Made by a program: the position numbers and the translations under genes
NCBI RefSeq assembly: GCF_036321535.1
Contig: NC_087437.1
Span: forward strand, 64,048,001 to 64,112,000
Direction of reading: 5' to 3'
Source of the DNA: Camelus dromedarius
Taxonomy: Eukaryota
DNA length: 64,000 nucleotides
Shown: in pieces, positions 35,401 through 49,260 of the stretch
Layout of the letters: each line of letters opens with the position of its first letter
Position numbering within the stretch: position 1 is the first letter of the stretch
Notes under the pieces: generated by a model
What the model saw: only the letters and a program-made list of their open reading frames with translations
The model's database searches: none
Told to the model about the DNA's origin: nothing

Positions 35401-36531
35401 CTTACCCTCTGAATCGTGGCTGTGATGGAAAGACAGCGCCAGCCCAGGCTTCAGGAAGGGCTCTGTCACTAACTTGATGCATCCCCTGGGTCTCAGTCCT
35501 ACACCCCCAACTCTGCCCGGAAGGAAGACAACTTCTTAAAATCCACTCGGTCCTCCAGGCGTACTCTAAGGACAGAGGAGGACAGCAAGAAGCTCTACAA
35601 GGAACTGCAAGAGCACAAGGCCCACCTGCAGAAGAAAAGGCAGAAACAGAGGGACGTGCCAGCCACCTGGGGGCAGGGTCTGAGTCTGGGCAATGGCGGG
35701 GCCAGAGCCACCTGGCCAGACAGTGAGAGCTGAGGAGAGACTTTCTAGATTGCTGACACTGGAAAGGTAGGGGCAGGAGCCTAGGACCAGACTGAGCTGC
35801 CTGGCTTCTCTGTGGAGCGCAGCTTTATTATCCCCATTCTGTTAACCTAAGCTGTAATCTGGCGGGGAGAGAGGGCGACAGAAGAGCGAGAAGTTCAAGA
35901 GACTTCCCTTTGTGTATCAATGAACAGCTTTAAAATGGGATCACACAAAACCCAAGATCATCAACACCGACATTAGCAGACGTGCCACTCCCTCAACTTA
36001 AGCTTTGATTAAAACGAGGATCGTCATTGGTTGCGGGGTGGGGGTAGCTCAGAGAAAATGTGACTGTACTTTTACCACAGCTTCAAACCCGTGGCTTTTC
36101 AGACACTTGGGCAAAGAGGGGAAAGGAGGCTGGGCTGGAGGTGTTCAGAAAGACCAGTTAGGAAGCAGAGGCCTAACTAGGCTGGCTGGATTCCCAGTTG
36201 CTAAATTCCAGGGCTCCAAGGGAAAGTCAGTGCCTAGAGGGATGGAGGGAACTGAGGGGCGGAAGGAAGTGGCTGGGTGGGAGGCAGGCAGCCTAGGAGA
36301 TTCCAAGGACAAGGAAACTGAATGACAAGGCAGGCTCCTGCCACAGCAGCAGAGGGCTTTAAGACTGATATGAGGACAGAACCTGACAGAGCTGACGGAG
36401 GAGGCCCTGGATTTGGAAGGACCTCAGCCTGGAATGAAAGCGGAAGCCCTGCTCACAGTGGAGACAGCAGAGTCGGCTGCCCTGGTCCCTGGGGGGCCCT
36501 CTCACTGGTCGGGCCCACCCCAGCTACTTAC

Positions 36532-36662
36532 AAGGGGCGTAGAACATGACCAAGGTGTGCTTTTTCCTCTTCAGGGTCTCACGGAAGTTGTGCCCAGCGA
36601 GATGCAGCACGTTGGTCTGCTGCTCTTCCCAGGTGGGTTCTGGGGGTGGGGGCGCCTCGGGA
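36532..36662 (-). CDS. PDIA5: PDIA5 coding exon (probably exon 14), 131 bp, PEAPPPPEPTWEEQQTNVLHLAGHNFRETLKRKKHTLVMFYAP(W)
   Basis: Acceptor ttcctgcag, donor T|gtaagt; phase-compatible. Confidence 0.97.
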
Positions 36663-39600
36663 CTGCAGGAATCGGGGATGGGGGGAGACGGTCATTAGGA
36701 GAAGCTCGTGTACAGGCAAGCACTTCCACCATCCCCCAATCACTCAGGTGAGCACATGAGAAAAAAATCACTTTGTATTCTTTCTAAAACTCTACTTGAA
36801 AAAAACCTCTTCATGTTTAAACATGAAGAAACCTGAACCGTTAGCAGGTTTCTACCTTCTTAATAGCCCTCTAAGGTGGCTATTAAGAAGGCATTCTGTG
36901 AAGTGTAGAAGAGCCCCTTTTAGGGCAGGGAGCCTCTCCAGGTTTGGGCTGTCTCCTTGCCATGGGTAGAAGCCCCTAAACCTGAGCTCCCCTCCCCCCA
37001 GTCTCTACTGGAGACGTGAAGCACCCTCCATTATCTGGTGGGGAGAGTATGGGCTAAGGAGTGACAGGGGTCTGGGTTCAAATCCAGATTACTTACCAGC
37101 TGTGTGACCTTAAGTCAGCTACCAAACCCCTCTGAGCTTCCATTTTCTTTTCTGTTAAATGTGATACCTACTTCCTGGGATCCTTATGAAGAGCAGACAG
37201 TGTATGTAAAGCAAGTAGTCAGTCAAGCAACTAACAGTTGCTAAGAGCCTACGTGCTCTAATAAATGACAGGCATTTGATAAGGGTTTATAATTTTTCAG
37301 TCTCTTTCTGTCCACTGGTTCCCTCCACTCTGCCTCAGAAAAGCATAGATCTCCGGGGTCTTTTAAAAGCCTTTGCTGCCCTTGTCCCACTTCCTGCAAC
37401 CACACTTAGAGAAGTGTGATACTCTCTCCCTTCTCTGAAAATCTCTGGGGAGTGGTTGCACCCAGTGCTGCCACATTACCCCCTACCCCGCCCTCTCTCC
37501 TTGGCCCCGGCACCACTGGCTTCTCACCGCCGGGCTTCAGGCCTCGTCCAGTGAGTGCACACCAGCCACCCCACAACCACAATTACCTTCCAGAAGCCCT
37601 CCTACCGGGTGCCTGGAGACCCCTTCCCCACCTTTCCAACCGCCCTCTCTCTTCTCCTAGTTCTATCTCTGTGTCCCTGCAGTTCTCAAAAGATCTCATC
37701 CAACTGCATGGCTTCCACAATCACCTAGGCTGAGGATGACTCGAGCCCTGACTTCTGACCCAAGCCCCTTATTTCCAGGTATTTCCACCTGCAGGTCCCA
37801 CTGTCACCCCAATCTCAACAAGATTTAGAACTCTTCCCTCTCCACCACTCCTCCCAAATTAGCTTTCCTCCCCAGCTTCTTCATTCTGGTTAGAGGCACC
37901 CCTGCTCTCGTGACCAAGACCGGCCCCTTCCAGACTTCCTGTCTTCCTCCCTTCTGTGCCCTCCAGGTCCCATCCATAAACCCTGGCTCTGTGGCTGACA
38001 CCACCCACTGACTTTCTGCTCTGCCCCATCCCTGAATCCTGCCTCCCCCCAGGCTGGTCTGCTGGTGGGCACATCTCAGTCACCTGCAGCGTGGCCACTT
38101 GTGCACAAGCCTGGAAGCACCATCGGCCCCACTCAACACTGTCTGCTCACCCTGCTGCTGGTGGCCTCAGCTCTCCATCTCAGAGCTGTCTGCTGTTTAT
38201 GCTGTGCCTGAAGGATTCCTTCCAAGCTCCCCAAGGGACTACTGTCTGTCCCTGGGCAAGGCCCTTAACCTCTCTGAACCTAAGTTTCTTCGTCAAGGAA
38301 CTAGGAATAAAAACTCCGGCCTCGGTAGGATCTGAGGATGAAATGGGGTAACAGCTATAAAAGCAGTCTGCAAAGCCTGGGCAGGTATCAGCACTTAGGT
38401 GGTGGTGCTGTCAGTTACAGCTCCACGTGAGAGCTGGCATCAATAATAAACACGCTTCCGAGTATTTTCACACACCACGCATGGTGCTAACACCTGGCAC
38501 AATAATCTAACTTAATTCTCTAGACAAGTCTATGGGAGAAGTATTGTCTCCACTTCACAGATGGGAAACTGGGGTTTAGCAGCATCAAGTAAATGGCTTA
38601 GGGTCACGATCTGAGTGCAGGGCTCTCAGACCCCAAAGCCTTGTCCTACTGCTTTGCAGGAGTTCAGCAGTGGTAACTATGGACAGGAAGGACAGGGGCC
38701 CTTGGGCTTGCTACTGGTGTCAGGCCTCTGGAGCAGGTATCTGCAAAGATGCATGCTCTGACTGCATCGGCTCTCTAACCACAGTGCAAGCATGGGACCT
38801 CGCCCAAACCCCTACCCTGCTCAGGCCTTCCCAGTGAGCCCGCCCTGGCACCAGAGTGAGGCTGGAGAGGTGACTGTGGGGCCTCATCCTTCCTGGAGAT
38901 GAACCACTGCTCCCTTCTGATCCCTAAGACAAAGGTCTGGCTACTCTTAGAATCTGTCTCATGTGATGAGCAGAAAAAACGAGAGGAGCAGAGACCTGAA
39001 CCTCGGCAGCCCACTCACCCCTTGCCAGGGGCCTCTCCTGCACCTAGTGGAAACCCTGCTCCTCATTCTATAAGCTGGTGTTTTTAAAACCCAATGGCTG
39101 AGGGTTCCCTTCACACCTCCTGAATCAAAGCTCCAGGGACAGCAGCCCCAGGACTATACTTCAAATAAGCATCTCAACACCAGGTGATGCTCACGCACAT
39201 CTAAGTCAGAGGACCAACGTCCTAACAAAGTAACTCCATCTGGATGCTGCTACTTTGCACAGTTCTCGTTGTCTCTAGAGTTTGTGACTCTGAAGTCTTG
39301 GTCCTCACATGGGCATCATTACAGCATGTACCAGGGACCTCTGCAAAGGCTGGAGTAAGCCTTCTTTTACTTCATCTCCCCACTAGTGCTGAAATGAGGA
39401 AGTATTCTCAAATATCCAAGTTATGTGTGGATGTGCATCTGTGTGCATCTATGTTTGCAGGTGCGTGTCGGAGGAGGGGTGTGGACAGGAGACAGCGTCT
39501 GTGTGGTGGCCCGGTTAGTCCCCTCACAGGAGGGGGAAATGCTAAGAACTGCAGGTTCCAAAATCCTTGGACAAGTAATCACGAGGCTACTCAGCTTCTC

Positions 39601-40134
39601 TGGACTTGCAAACTGTCCCGGGTTTAATTGTGTCCCCCACCCCAACACCCTGCCCCTAGTGAACTAATACCCAGGCTGAGGGGGATCGTCAAATCTTTAT
39701 TCTCAACCCTGAACCACTGCAGGCTGCACCGTGGACACTCCCAAGGCCCGTCAACCAGCGGACCTGGGCCTCAGTGAGTCCGGCTATGGATGTAAAGAGC
39801 TGCATTTCCTTCATTCACTCAAAGGAGATGGAATAAAACACAGATGATGAGACCTGGGTATGGGACACTGACAAAGGAGGTCCTCAAAAAACACACACGC
39901 GGCTTCCTGGAGCTAATGGAACTGCCTCCAGAAAGGCCACCCATGACCCACTGGATGAGGACATGTGGTCAGCACACCAGAGAGGGCTCTAACATTAGGG
40001 AGGTCAGATCTGTCTTGGGTCCCACGCCCTGAGCCACGGTCAGCAGCTCCTAAGGTTCACTTCATCTCCTCAAGGCCCTCTCCAGCGGCGGACAGCCAGG
40101 GGTCAAGATGTGCTACCAAGACCATCAAACTTAC

Positions 40135-40295
40135 TTTCGCATCCACTCAATAAGGCTCTTCTTTGTTCTGAGCGTGGGCACTGCGTGTATCTCTCCATTC
40201 TTAAAATACTTGAGTGTAGGAAACTCGGAGATGTGGAATCTCTCTGCCAGGGCCCTGTTGACAGTGGCATCGACAGCTGCAAGGACACCAGAGCT
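40135..40295 (-). CDS. PDIA5: PDIA5 coding exon (probably exon 13), 161 bp, SSGVLAAVDATVNRALAERFHISEFPTLKYFKNGEIHAVPTLRTKKSLIEWMR(N)
   Basis: Acceptor tcccccgtcccag, donor AA|gtaagt; thioredoxin FPT motif. Confidence 0.97.
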
Positions 40296-40827
40296 CTGGG
40301 ACGGGGGAGAGGCCAACCATGCATGACAGCCTCAGACGAAGTGCTGGCAGAAGAGGGGCCCAGACACCAGCCCCCAACCCACCCAGGCCTGCCAGAACTT
40401 CCTAGGGGCAGGGGACTTTGTACATCCCAGGAACAACTGGACACCAGCATGTCCATCATTTCTCATTTGTTCCGAGACGAAGCCTTTTAATCTGCCCCAC
40501 GAACCAGGCTGTGTAGACTGTGGCTATTCCCGACAGGCAAGACCCCACAGAAAAGAGGCAAAAGCTCGGGGCTTCACCCTAGAGCCATGACCTGGCAGAG
40601 GTCACCTGGATGGATATGAGCACATGACCCATGGTGTCTCTGCACCTCTCCATCCCTGGTGGGGGCCCCACCTGTCTAAGACACGTCTACTTGGGGACAC
40701 AGAAGTACCGCAGGCCTCCAGGGATAGGAGAGCTGCTGTACAGCTCACAGGGGCAAGTCATCATAATGATCCTATCAGTGACTCTTTAGGCGAGAGCGGT
40801 GGGGGAGGTTAAGGAAAGGAAGCTTAC

Positions 40828-40898
40828 GTCTGCTTCTCCATGGAGGACTTCTGCTGCATTCTCAAACTCTGGCTTCATTTTCTTACAGTGTCCACACC
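40828..40898 (-). CDS. PDIA5: PDIA5 coding exon (probably exon 12), 71 bp, (W)CGHCKKMKPEFENAAEVLHGEAD, CGHC active site
   Basis: Acceptor ttcttcccacag, donor GAC|gtaagc; CxxC motif. Confidence 0.97.
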
Positions 40899-41925
40899 CT
40901 GTGGGAAGAAATCGAGAGAAACCCATTCCCATGGCGCAGAGGCTCCAGGGATGTTCCCTGCCTCTGGAAGACAGCTGGGCCCCAAGCCCAGACACCAGGG
41001 GTCCCTGGGAGAAAAGAAGAACAAGCACCAGCTCAGAGAAAAGATATCTTTAGCCTGATCCACTGGGGGGTGGGAGGGGTGCGAGAGACAAAAACAACAT
41101 AACTACATGAAAAATGCTGGCGACATGCAGGGGGGTCCTGTGTGCCAGGCACTGCTCTAAATGCTTTATAACCTCACCACAGCCCTACAAAGTATGAACT
41201 ACACCATCTTCATTTTACAGATGAGAAAACTGAGGCCCCAAAAGGATGGATGACTGCCCAAGGCTACATACGCAGCCACAGGTCACAGAGCTGAGTGGAA
41301 AAGCCAAGCAATATGGCCAGAGGCCATGGCCACCAGGAGCGAGTGCTTCCTAGCACCACGCTAACACCACCACCATCTTCTCCAAGACAGAAGGGATTTC
41401 GAGCCTTGACTCAGGAATAAGAATTCACAGAAGGAAGAGTATGGAGAAAAATTAAGTTCCAGTCATCCCCACAAGGGAGGTGGTATGATACGACAGGCAC
41501 AGGGAGCCGACGTGACATTTTCAAACTGTCATTTTCTTGGGATAAAGACTGCTTTGCCCTCCTCTCCTCACAGTCACTTGAATGCAGTAAGATGCCATAA
41601 ATAATATTAGATATCTTAAAAAGGAAACCACCACTTTGTAGGTGACACTAAGGTCAGAACGTTTGTAAACTGCTTTCATTTTAGTAGAAAGAGTACTTTC
41701 TAGAGTCTCTGCTAGAGGGGCTGTGAGGTGAGGAGGACCAGACTGGTTCAGAATGGAGTCCCCTCTAAAGGGAAACCTGGCTGCGAGGGGGCCACACATA
41801 AACAAGGCTGAGTGGATGGCAGGGATGTGGCTCAGCCTTCTTGTGGAGGGTGACATTGTGCGGGAGCTGAAAGCACCACAATTCTACTACTGATGCTGGG
41901 AAAAGACAAGAAGGACAAGAAAGGA

Positions 41926-44110
41926 AAACACATGGAGACTAAACAACATGCTACTAAAAACCCAATGGGTCAACAATGAAATCAAAGAGAAAATCAGAAA
42001 ATACTTCAAGATAAATGAAAATGAAATCACAACACTCCAAAATGCAGCAAAAGCCATTCTGAAAGGGAAGTTTACAGCAATACAGGCCTTCCTTAAGAAA
42101 CAAGAAGAATCTCAAATAAACAACCTAATCTACCATCTAAAGGAATTAGAAAGAGAAGAACAAAGTCCAAAGTCAGCAGAAAGAAGGAAATAATAAAGAT
42201 CAGAGAGGAAATAAATAAAATAGAGACCAATAGAAAAGATCAAGGAAACCTAGAGCTGGTTTTTTGAAAAGATAAACAAAATTGATAAACCATTAGTCAG
42301 GCTCATCAAGAAAAAAAGCAGATCCAAATAAAATAAGAAATGAAAGAGAAGAAATAAAAACCACTATTGAAGAGATACAAAAAATCGTTAGAGACTACTA
42401 CAAAGTTATATGCCAACAAACTGGACAATCAAGAAATAGAAAAATTTCTAAAAACATACAACCTTCCAAGACTGAATCTGGAAGAAACAGATAATCTGAA
42501 CAGGACAGTCACTATTAGTGAATCTGACTTCGTAATAATAATTAAAAAAAAAATCTCCCAGCAAACATAGGTCCAAGACCAGAAGCTTCAAAGAGAAATT
42601 TTACCAAACATCAAGGAGAGCTGATATCCATCCTTCTCAACTATTCTAAAAAATTGAAGAGGAAGGAACACTCTCAAATTCATTCTACCAGGCCACCAGT
42701 ACCCTGATAACAAAACTAGACAAAGACATTACAAAAAAGGGAAATTACAGGTCAATATAGATGAAAAAATCCTCAACAAAATATTAGCAAACTGAATTAA
42801 ACAATATATTAAAAGGATCATACACCATGATCAAGTTTGATTTATCTGAGGGATATAAGGATGGTTCAATATCCATAAATTGCCAGAAAGAGAAAGAAAA
42901 ATGCCATATGATATCACTTGTATGTGGAATCTAAAAAAAGAAAAAAAGGGGACACCAACGAACTCATCTACAAAACGGAAACAGACTCACAGACACAGTA
43001 AACAACCTTATGGTTACTAGGGGAAAGGGGGTGGGAAAGGATAAATTTGGGAGTTTGAGATTTGCAAATGTTAGCTACTATATATAAAAACAGATTTAAA
43101 AAACAAGTTTCTTCTGTGTAGCACAGGGAACTATATTCAATACCTTGTAATAACTTTTTATAAAAACGAATACATGTATGTACATGCATGACTGGGACAC
43201 TACTGTATGCCAGAAATTGACCCATTGTAACTGACTGTAGTTAAATTAAAAACAAGTCCATAAATCAAGTAATGTGATACCACACATTAACAAAGGGATA
43301 AAAATCACATGATCATCTCAATTGATGCTGAAAAAGCATTTGATAAAATACAGCATCCATACATGATAAAAACTTTCATCAAAATGGATATAGATGGAAA
43401 ATATCTCAACATAATAAAGACCATTTATGACAAACCCACAGCTAACATCATACTCAACAGTGAAAAGCTGAAAGCCTTTTCTCTAAAATCAGGAGTAAGA
43501 CAAGGATGCCCACTCCCATCGCTTCTATTTAACATAGTGTTGGAAGTCCTAGCCACAGCAATCAGACTAGAAAAAGAAATAAAAGGCATCCAAGTTGGAA
43601 GGGAAGAAGTAAAACTGTCACTATCTGCAGATGACGTAGTACTATATAAAGAAAACCCTAACGTCTCAACCAGAAAACTATGAGAATAAATGAATTCAGT
43701 AAAGTTGCAGGATATAGGATTAATCTAACAAACCTGTTGCTTTTCTATACACTAAAAATGAATCATCAGAAAGAGAAAGCAAGAAAATAATCCTGTTTAA
43801 AATCACATCAAAAAGAATAGAATACTTAGGAATAAACTTGACCAAGGAGGTAAAAGACTTACACTCTGAAAACTTAGAACACAGATAAAGGAAACTTAAG
43901 ATTGTATAAAGAAATGGAAAGAGATCCTGTGTTGATGAATTAGAAGAACTAATGTTGTTAAAATGTCCATACTACCCAAAGCAATCTACAGATATAATGC
44001 ATCCCTATCAAAATACCTATGAAATGTTTCAAAGAACTAGAACAAATCATATAAAATTTATATGAAACCTGCAACAAGTATAATATTGTAAATCAAAATA
44101 TACTTCAATA
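41926..44110 (+). mobile_element. Decayed LINE-1 ORF2 fragment (post-endonuclease linker and RT domain), interrupted by a nested L1 and internally deleted
   Basis: ORF pieces [37 protein letters not shown]...[21 protein letters not shown]...LSADD; frameshifts and stops. Confidence 0.95.
42881..43256 (+). mobile_element. Younger 5'-truncated L1 3' end nested inside the older L1
   Basis: L1 3'UTR similar to the copies at 15292 and 62931; TSD tccataaat at 42872-42880 and 43257-43265. Confidence 0.9.
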
Positions 44111-46599
44111 GAAAGAAAAAGAAAGGGTGAAAGGGAGAAAGAAAATGAATTTGAACCAAAAAAAAAAAGGAAGGCAGGGAGACACACACACTAATATTAT
44201 CAGAGGAGACCGCCCATACCTTCCAGAAGCCTCTAAGCCAAAGGAACAGCTTTCCAGCCTCCATCTGAGCACTTGACTGGGACAAAAGTTCCTGTCTCCT
44301 CCAAAGTCATTCCTGCAGAGCTCAGCTCCACGTGGCAATGAGATACAAGCAGGTCTCTTCCATTCCTACCTGTTCCCAGCTTCCTCAGTCCAAGCTCACC
44401 TAGTCCCGCCCAGGCACAGAGGCCTCATGGTGGCTACTCTAATCCCCACCCCTCCACACACACACTGATAACAGAAAATCTAAGTATTCCTCGAGCTCCC
44501 AGGCCAACGCAGCAAGCCTTCCTCTGGACAGAGCCGCTCTGGGGGAGCCATGAAATGAGTTGGTGGAGGAAACTCACTGATGAAATCCAGCTCAGGGGGT
44601 GGCCACAATTCTTAACAGCACCAACATGTTGGTCCTTCTTAAATGGGTCCAAGGAAGAGGGACACCTGTGGGCTCACTGGCTGACTAGAGCCCACTCAGG
44701 ACCCCGTGAACTGCAGGGTTATCAAGGTCATCATGATATTGAAACATAATCACATTATTTTCCAGAAATGAACATTTTTTGCTATTGTAACACATCTGCA
44801 CTTTCTAAATAACTGAGGTACAAAGGGTTTTTGTTTTGTTTTGGTAAGTTGATTGTTTGAAACTGAAAATGTGGTTTCCCCATAGAAACAATTTCATATA
44901 GTTTCTATGCATATTCTCAGGAGCGACTATAACAGCGCATTGAACAGGATGTACCTGAAGCATATAGAGCATGCAGCGCTGTTTCTATTTCACTGAGCTG
45001 TCCCCCAGATGGAAAACACACAGCTCACAGTTCAGCTCGGGACTCCCGGCAGACCTCTCCCTGCAGGCAGCAAACATCAAACCAATAGCAAAAGGGAGAG
45101 TGTTGTCCTCAGCTCAGGGCAGACTCTGGGACTTCTGGGTCACTGATATTCTTAAGAATTTCATGAAAGCTTCTTCTCTTCTCCCATCCTGATGTGTATA
45201 TACTCCATACTTATGTGTAACTTCAGAGGGCTCCGAACCCCTTGACGGGCTCACAGACCCCTGGTTAAGAGGCTAAGGCAAAGAAAGCCCAACCCCAAGG
45301 CAATCACTCCAGGGGTGGGGGTGGAAGAACACAGAGTTGTCCTCACAGGCGTCCAGGCTCAGGTATCCTTCTATGCGGATCCACATATCAGGAGTAAATT
45401 GGATATTCTAGGGAAGAGTCTACTGACTTACCACAATATATATTAAAACAAACATTTTGGGGCGTTCTTGCTAAGATAAAATAAATAAATCACTCTCTGG
45501 GGCTTACAGCCAGGAGGCGCTACAACTCTTAAAGGAACCTCCCTGGCCTGCCTGTAGCTCCCTGCACCTGCCCCAAGATGACCACCCCATTCTCCCGCTC
45601 CCAGGCTGACTGCCCATGACTGGGGCAGGGGGTGCTCATTCTGCATGAAGAGACACCAAGAAAAGGAGGCTCAGAGGCTCTCCTGCTGCTGCTGGGTCTG
45701 TCACCCAAGAGTTCAGTCTGCCCTGGAGAGGAAGAAGTGAGTGACCTGAGTCAGAGCCACTCAGCCCAGCAGAGCCCAGGGTCAAGGTGGGCACCGGGGG
45801 GTGGAAAATAAGGAAGACAAAGCCACTTATTGAAAAACCACTGTTTTTTCCCAAAATGTCCCAGTCAACATGGCAGGACCCCTGAAGATGAGAGAGTTCA
45901 TCTTTATATCTTTATCAGGTTCTGCCCTTTGATACCCATCGCCCCGCTGGGGAAGCAAATAGACTCCACACTGCCTGCTGGATTTTATCAGTGCGGGCCA
46001 GAGACAGACGGAGACCAAGAACTGGCTCACTGTGAAGAAGAGCAGGGACCAACCCGCGAAGCCTGCCTGAGACACAGGAGGGGTGGCTGGAGGGCATGCC
46101 AGAAGGAGCCAGATTCTTTAGCTTGCACTCACGGCTCTCTCCTGAACTTCCAGCCTCGCAGGACTCCCCTGAGTAACAAAGGTGCTCGTTCACACTTTAT
46201 CTCAGCAGCCCCATGAGACACAGGACAGAGATACTCAGAAATGATGGCTCCAGGAGAAGGGGTAAATTGGGGTCCAAGAGTCACCGTTAAACCAGATGGG
46301 ATTAAGAGTTGGATCTTCTGGCTGGAGCTCCCGTCTCTGTGCCCACATGAGCTGATCTTTTCCCTGAAGTTCTGTCCACCAGCACCCAGCCCACTTCATT
46401 ACGGCTCCCACCCCAATGGATGAGGCCTCTCCACGCAGAGTGTCCACCCGGGCACTGGCCCCTGCTTTGAGTCCCAGTTCACTGCAGCCCCACCGAACCA
46501 CCTACTTCTCTTCTACGCACAAATGACTTCTCATTCATATACTTGTGACATTTCATTTTGTAGTGCTTCATGACTGCTATATTGCTGTCTTCTCATGTG

Positions 46600-47180
46600 C
46601 AGGGGTAGCTGGGGCATCTTTTTAAATCATAAATCAGATCAGACTCCCCTGGTTAAAACTTCCAATGGCTCCCATCACAGCTGGATTAAAACTCAAACTC
46701 CTTACCACAGCCACAAGCCCCACACCATAGAACCCTCCTACCTTACAACCTCAACTCAGGGATCTCCCTCCTGCACTCTACTCTTTCCTGTGCAGCCTGT
46801 GGCCTCTTTCTGCTTTCCTATCACACCAAGCTCATTCCTCCCCTCATGGCTCTTAATGTGCTGTTGCCTGGAACACGATCTTCCCCCAGGCCTCTGCATG
46901 GCTGACCACTTCACATCAGGCAGGCTTGAGCTCAAATTTCACTTCCACAGAGAAATTACCTGACCACCTAATCCAAAGAAGCCTCACCCGATCACAGCTC
47001 ACTTCCAACCGCCTGTTTATTTTCTCAGCTGTACACAAAACAGCGGGAGTAGTCTGCTTACTCGACTCTCCCAATCCAACTGGGATGTAAGGTCCATATG
47101 GGCTGAGTTGTCGCTCACGCTCACCCCCACCTCCCTGGTACTGAGGCTGGCGTCCCACGCACTTTGTGAATGAATTAACT
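46600..47180 (+). mobile_element. L2 3' region
   Basis: aaaacttccaatggctccc...ttgcctggaac...ending ttgtgaatgaat. Confidence 0.7.
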
Positions 47181-48209
47181 GCATGGCTGTATTGTTCAGG
47201 TTTACACCAGTGCACACAAGGTTTCACAGAACTAAATTCTTCTGTGGCCAAAGTCACGCCAAATAGTTGGTAGTATGACTAAATGCCTCTATTCAGTAAG
47301 ACCAGCAGCCAAGTGAGTTACTGTGTGCATACCCTCCCCACCACTATTTATACACTTGCCCTGCTCCTCACTAGCTGTGGAAAACATCTTCGGAAACTTC
47401 CAGCATTGCTGGATGTTGTTCTGCAGCTTCCCATGCATTCCCAAGAGTTCTCTTGATACCGTTATGGTTTTCACTACTAGCATCAATTCCCTCTGCTCCC
47501 TGAACAAGATACTAAGGCTACGCAATAAACACTGTAAACAGAGTTTACGACGAGGAGCCTGGCCAGGCCCCGAGGAGGAGAGAGGTCTGGGCGAGGAGAC
47601 GTCTTCCTTGCTGGAAGACTGCCTGGGGGAACTGTGGGTCGTGAGTGGTGACTGCCTTGACCCCAGCCTCCTGGCCTGGCCTTCAGGCTGTCCTGGCTGT
47701 GTGGGCCGCGGGAGAGCCAGAGGAGGAGGGTTAGCAGCAGGAGAAGGTATCCAGCTCACTGCGTTTTACTGTCCTGATTGTGACTTGATAGGCCATTAAG
47801 TTTTACTGCCCAACTTCCTTGTTGGGTTTTTATCGGCTGTGTAAGTGCACTTAGGCTGATTGTCATGACCTGGCGCAGAGGCCGCCCGTTAGCTCCCAGA
47901 CCACGCTCTTCTCTGGTTGTGGGAATGTTGGCCTCCCATCAACACCAAGCCTTCAGATTCCTCTGGATTCCATTAACTTCGGTTACACTTGTGATTTTAT
48001 TACAGGCTGGCTCTGGAGACTTTCTTGGCTCCTGGAACCAGAATTTTCCAGAGGACCTAATTTAATCTGGAAAGCTCCCTAGTACCTGGGACTGTAAAAG
48101 GAATCTGGATTTTCCTACCCGCATTCCTGTTGTCTTGCCTGGACCCCAGCTCGGGGCATGCCAGGGAGGTGGGGCTCCTACAGCTGCTAGCAGAAACACT
48201 GACGCCTTG

Positions 48210-48330
48210 CGGGGAGGGTATAGCTCAAGTTGTAGAGTGCATGCTTAGCATGCATGAGGTTCAATCCCCAGTACCTCCTCTAAAAATGAAGAAATCTAAT
48301 GACTACCCCTCCCAAGAAAAAAAAAGAAAA
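48210..48330 (+). mobile_element. tRNA-derived SINE (vic-1-like) with internal deletion
   Basis: ggggagggtatagctcaagttgtagagtgcatgcttagcatgcatgaggttcaatccccagtacctcc followed by an A tail. Confidence 0.85.
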
Positions 48331-49009
48331 ACTGATAATTTAACATGGTGACACCCTCCCCCAGAGACCTCAGGGCTTGCAGCTGTGTATGCAATGACTT
48401 GTACACACTCACAGGCACCCTGGGGCAGACACGCTCCGATGAATGCCTCCACCGATCACACAGCCCTCTTCTTGTGCAAAGAGGAAGTTGGGATTTTGTG
48501 TTTCTTTCTTCACATTAGTATAAAATGTAGATAACAAGCTTTTAACATTTTTTTTTTTCTAGGCTTCTATCCTAAGAAAATAATCTGACATGTGAACAAA
48601 TCTTTATGCAGGAAAATGTTCCCTGCAGCATGATTTACAATGGGGAAATAGAGTAAACAACTCGAACCTTCAACATTATGGTGATGGTTAAGTAATTTAC
48701 AGCCCCATTATATAATGGAATATTATGTGACCACAAAAAGCATGTACAAATAAGCATTTTTAATAACATAAGAAAATACAAGATAACGTTAAGAAAAAAG
48801 CACGGAAAAAAAAACCTTAATGAATAAAAGGAAATCCCTTCCTCCCACCTGGCAAAAAGATGAAAAATCCAGATGAATTAAAGAATGAAATGAAACAAAC
48901 AAAAATATTATCACAGAATATAAGGCACTATTTTTATACCATAGGGATGGATTTCTCAAGCAACCCACAAATCCTAGAGGTCAGAATGGGAAAAGGTAGG
49001 CTTGCAAAG

Positions 49010-49260
49010 GGCTCAGTGATGAGACTGAGGCCTCTAGGACTGGGTTTTAATCCTGGCCCTACTTTTTTGGCCATGTGACCTTTGGTAAGTTTCTTGACCT
49101 CTTGGTGTCTCCCTTTCCTAACCTGTAAAATGGGGATAATCACGATATCCGCTTCACAGGATTTTGTTGTGAAGATTAAACGAGTTAATCTATGGAAATC
49201 TTCAAAGTGCTCAAACAATGCCTGGCCCACAGTAAGTGCTCAGTAAACATTCCAGCTATT
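49010..49260 (+). mobile_element. MIR SINE (others at ~2090, 10600, 37040, 38450, 41130)
   Basis: tgtgacctttggtaagtt...ctgtaaaatggggataat...gcctggcccacagtaagtgctcagtaaa core. Confidence 0.8.

Noticed and set aside
43309..43683. 124-aa reverse-transcriptase ORF as a functional or domesticated gene
   Set aside because: Fragment of a frameshifted L1 ORF2; the catalytic motif reads SADD and the frame stops soon after
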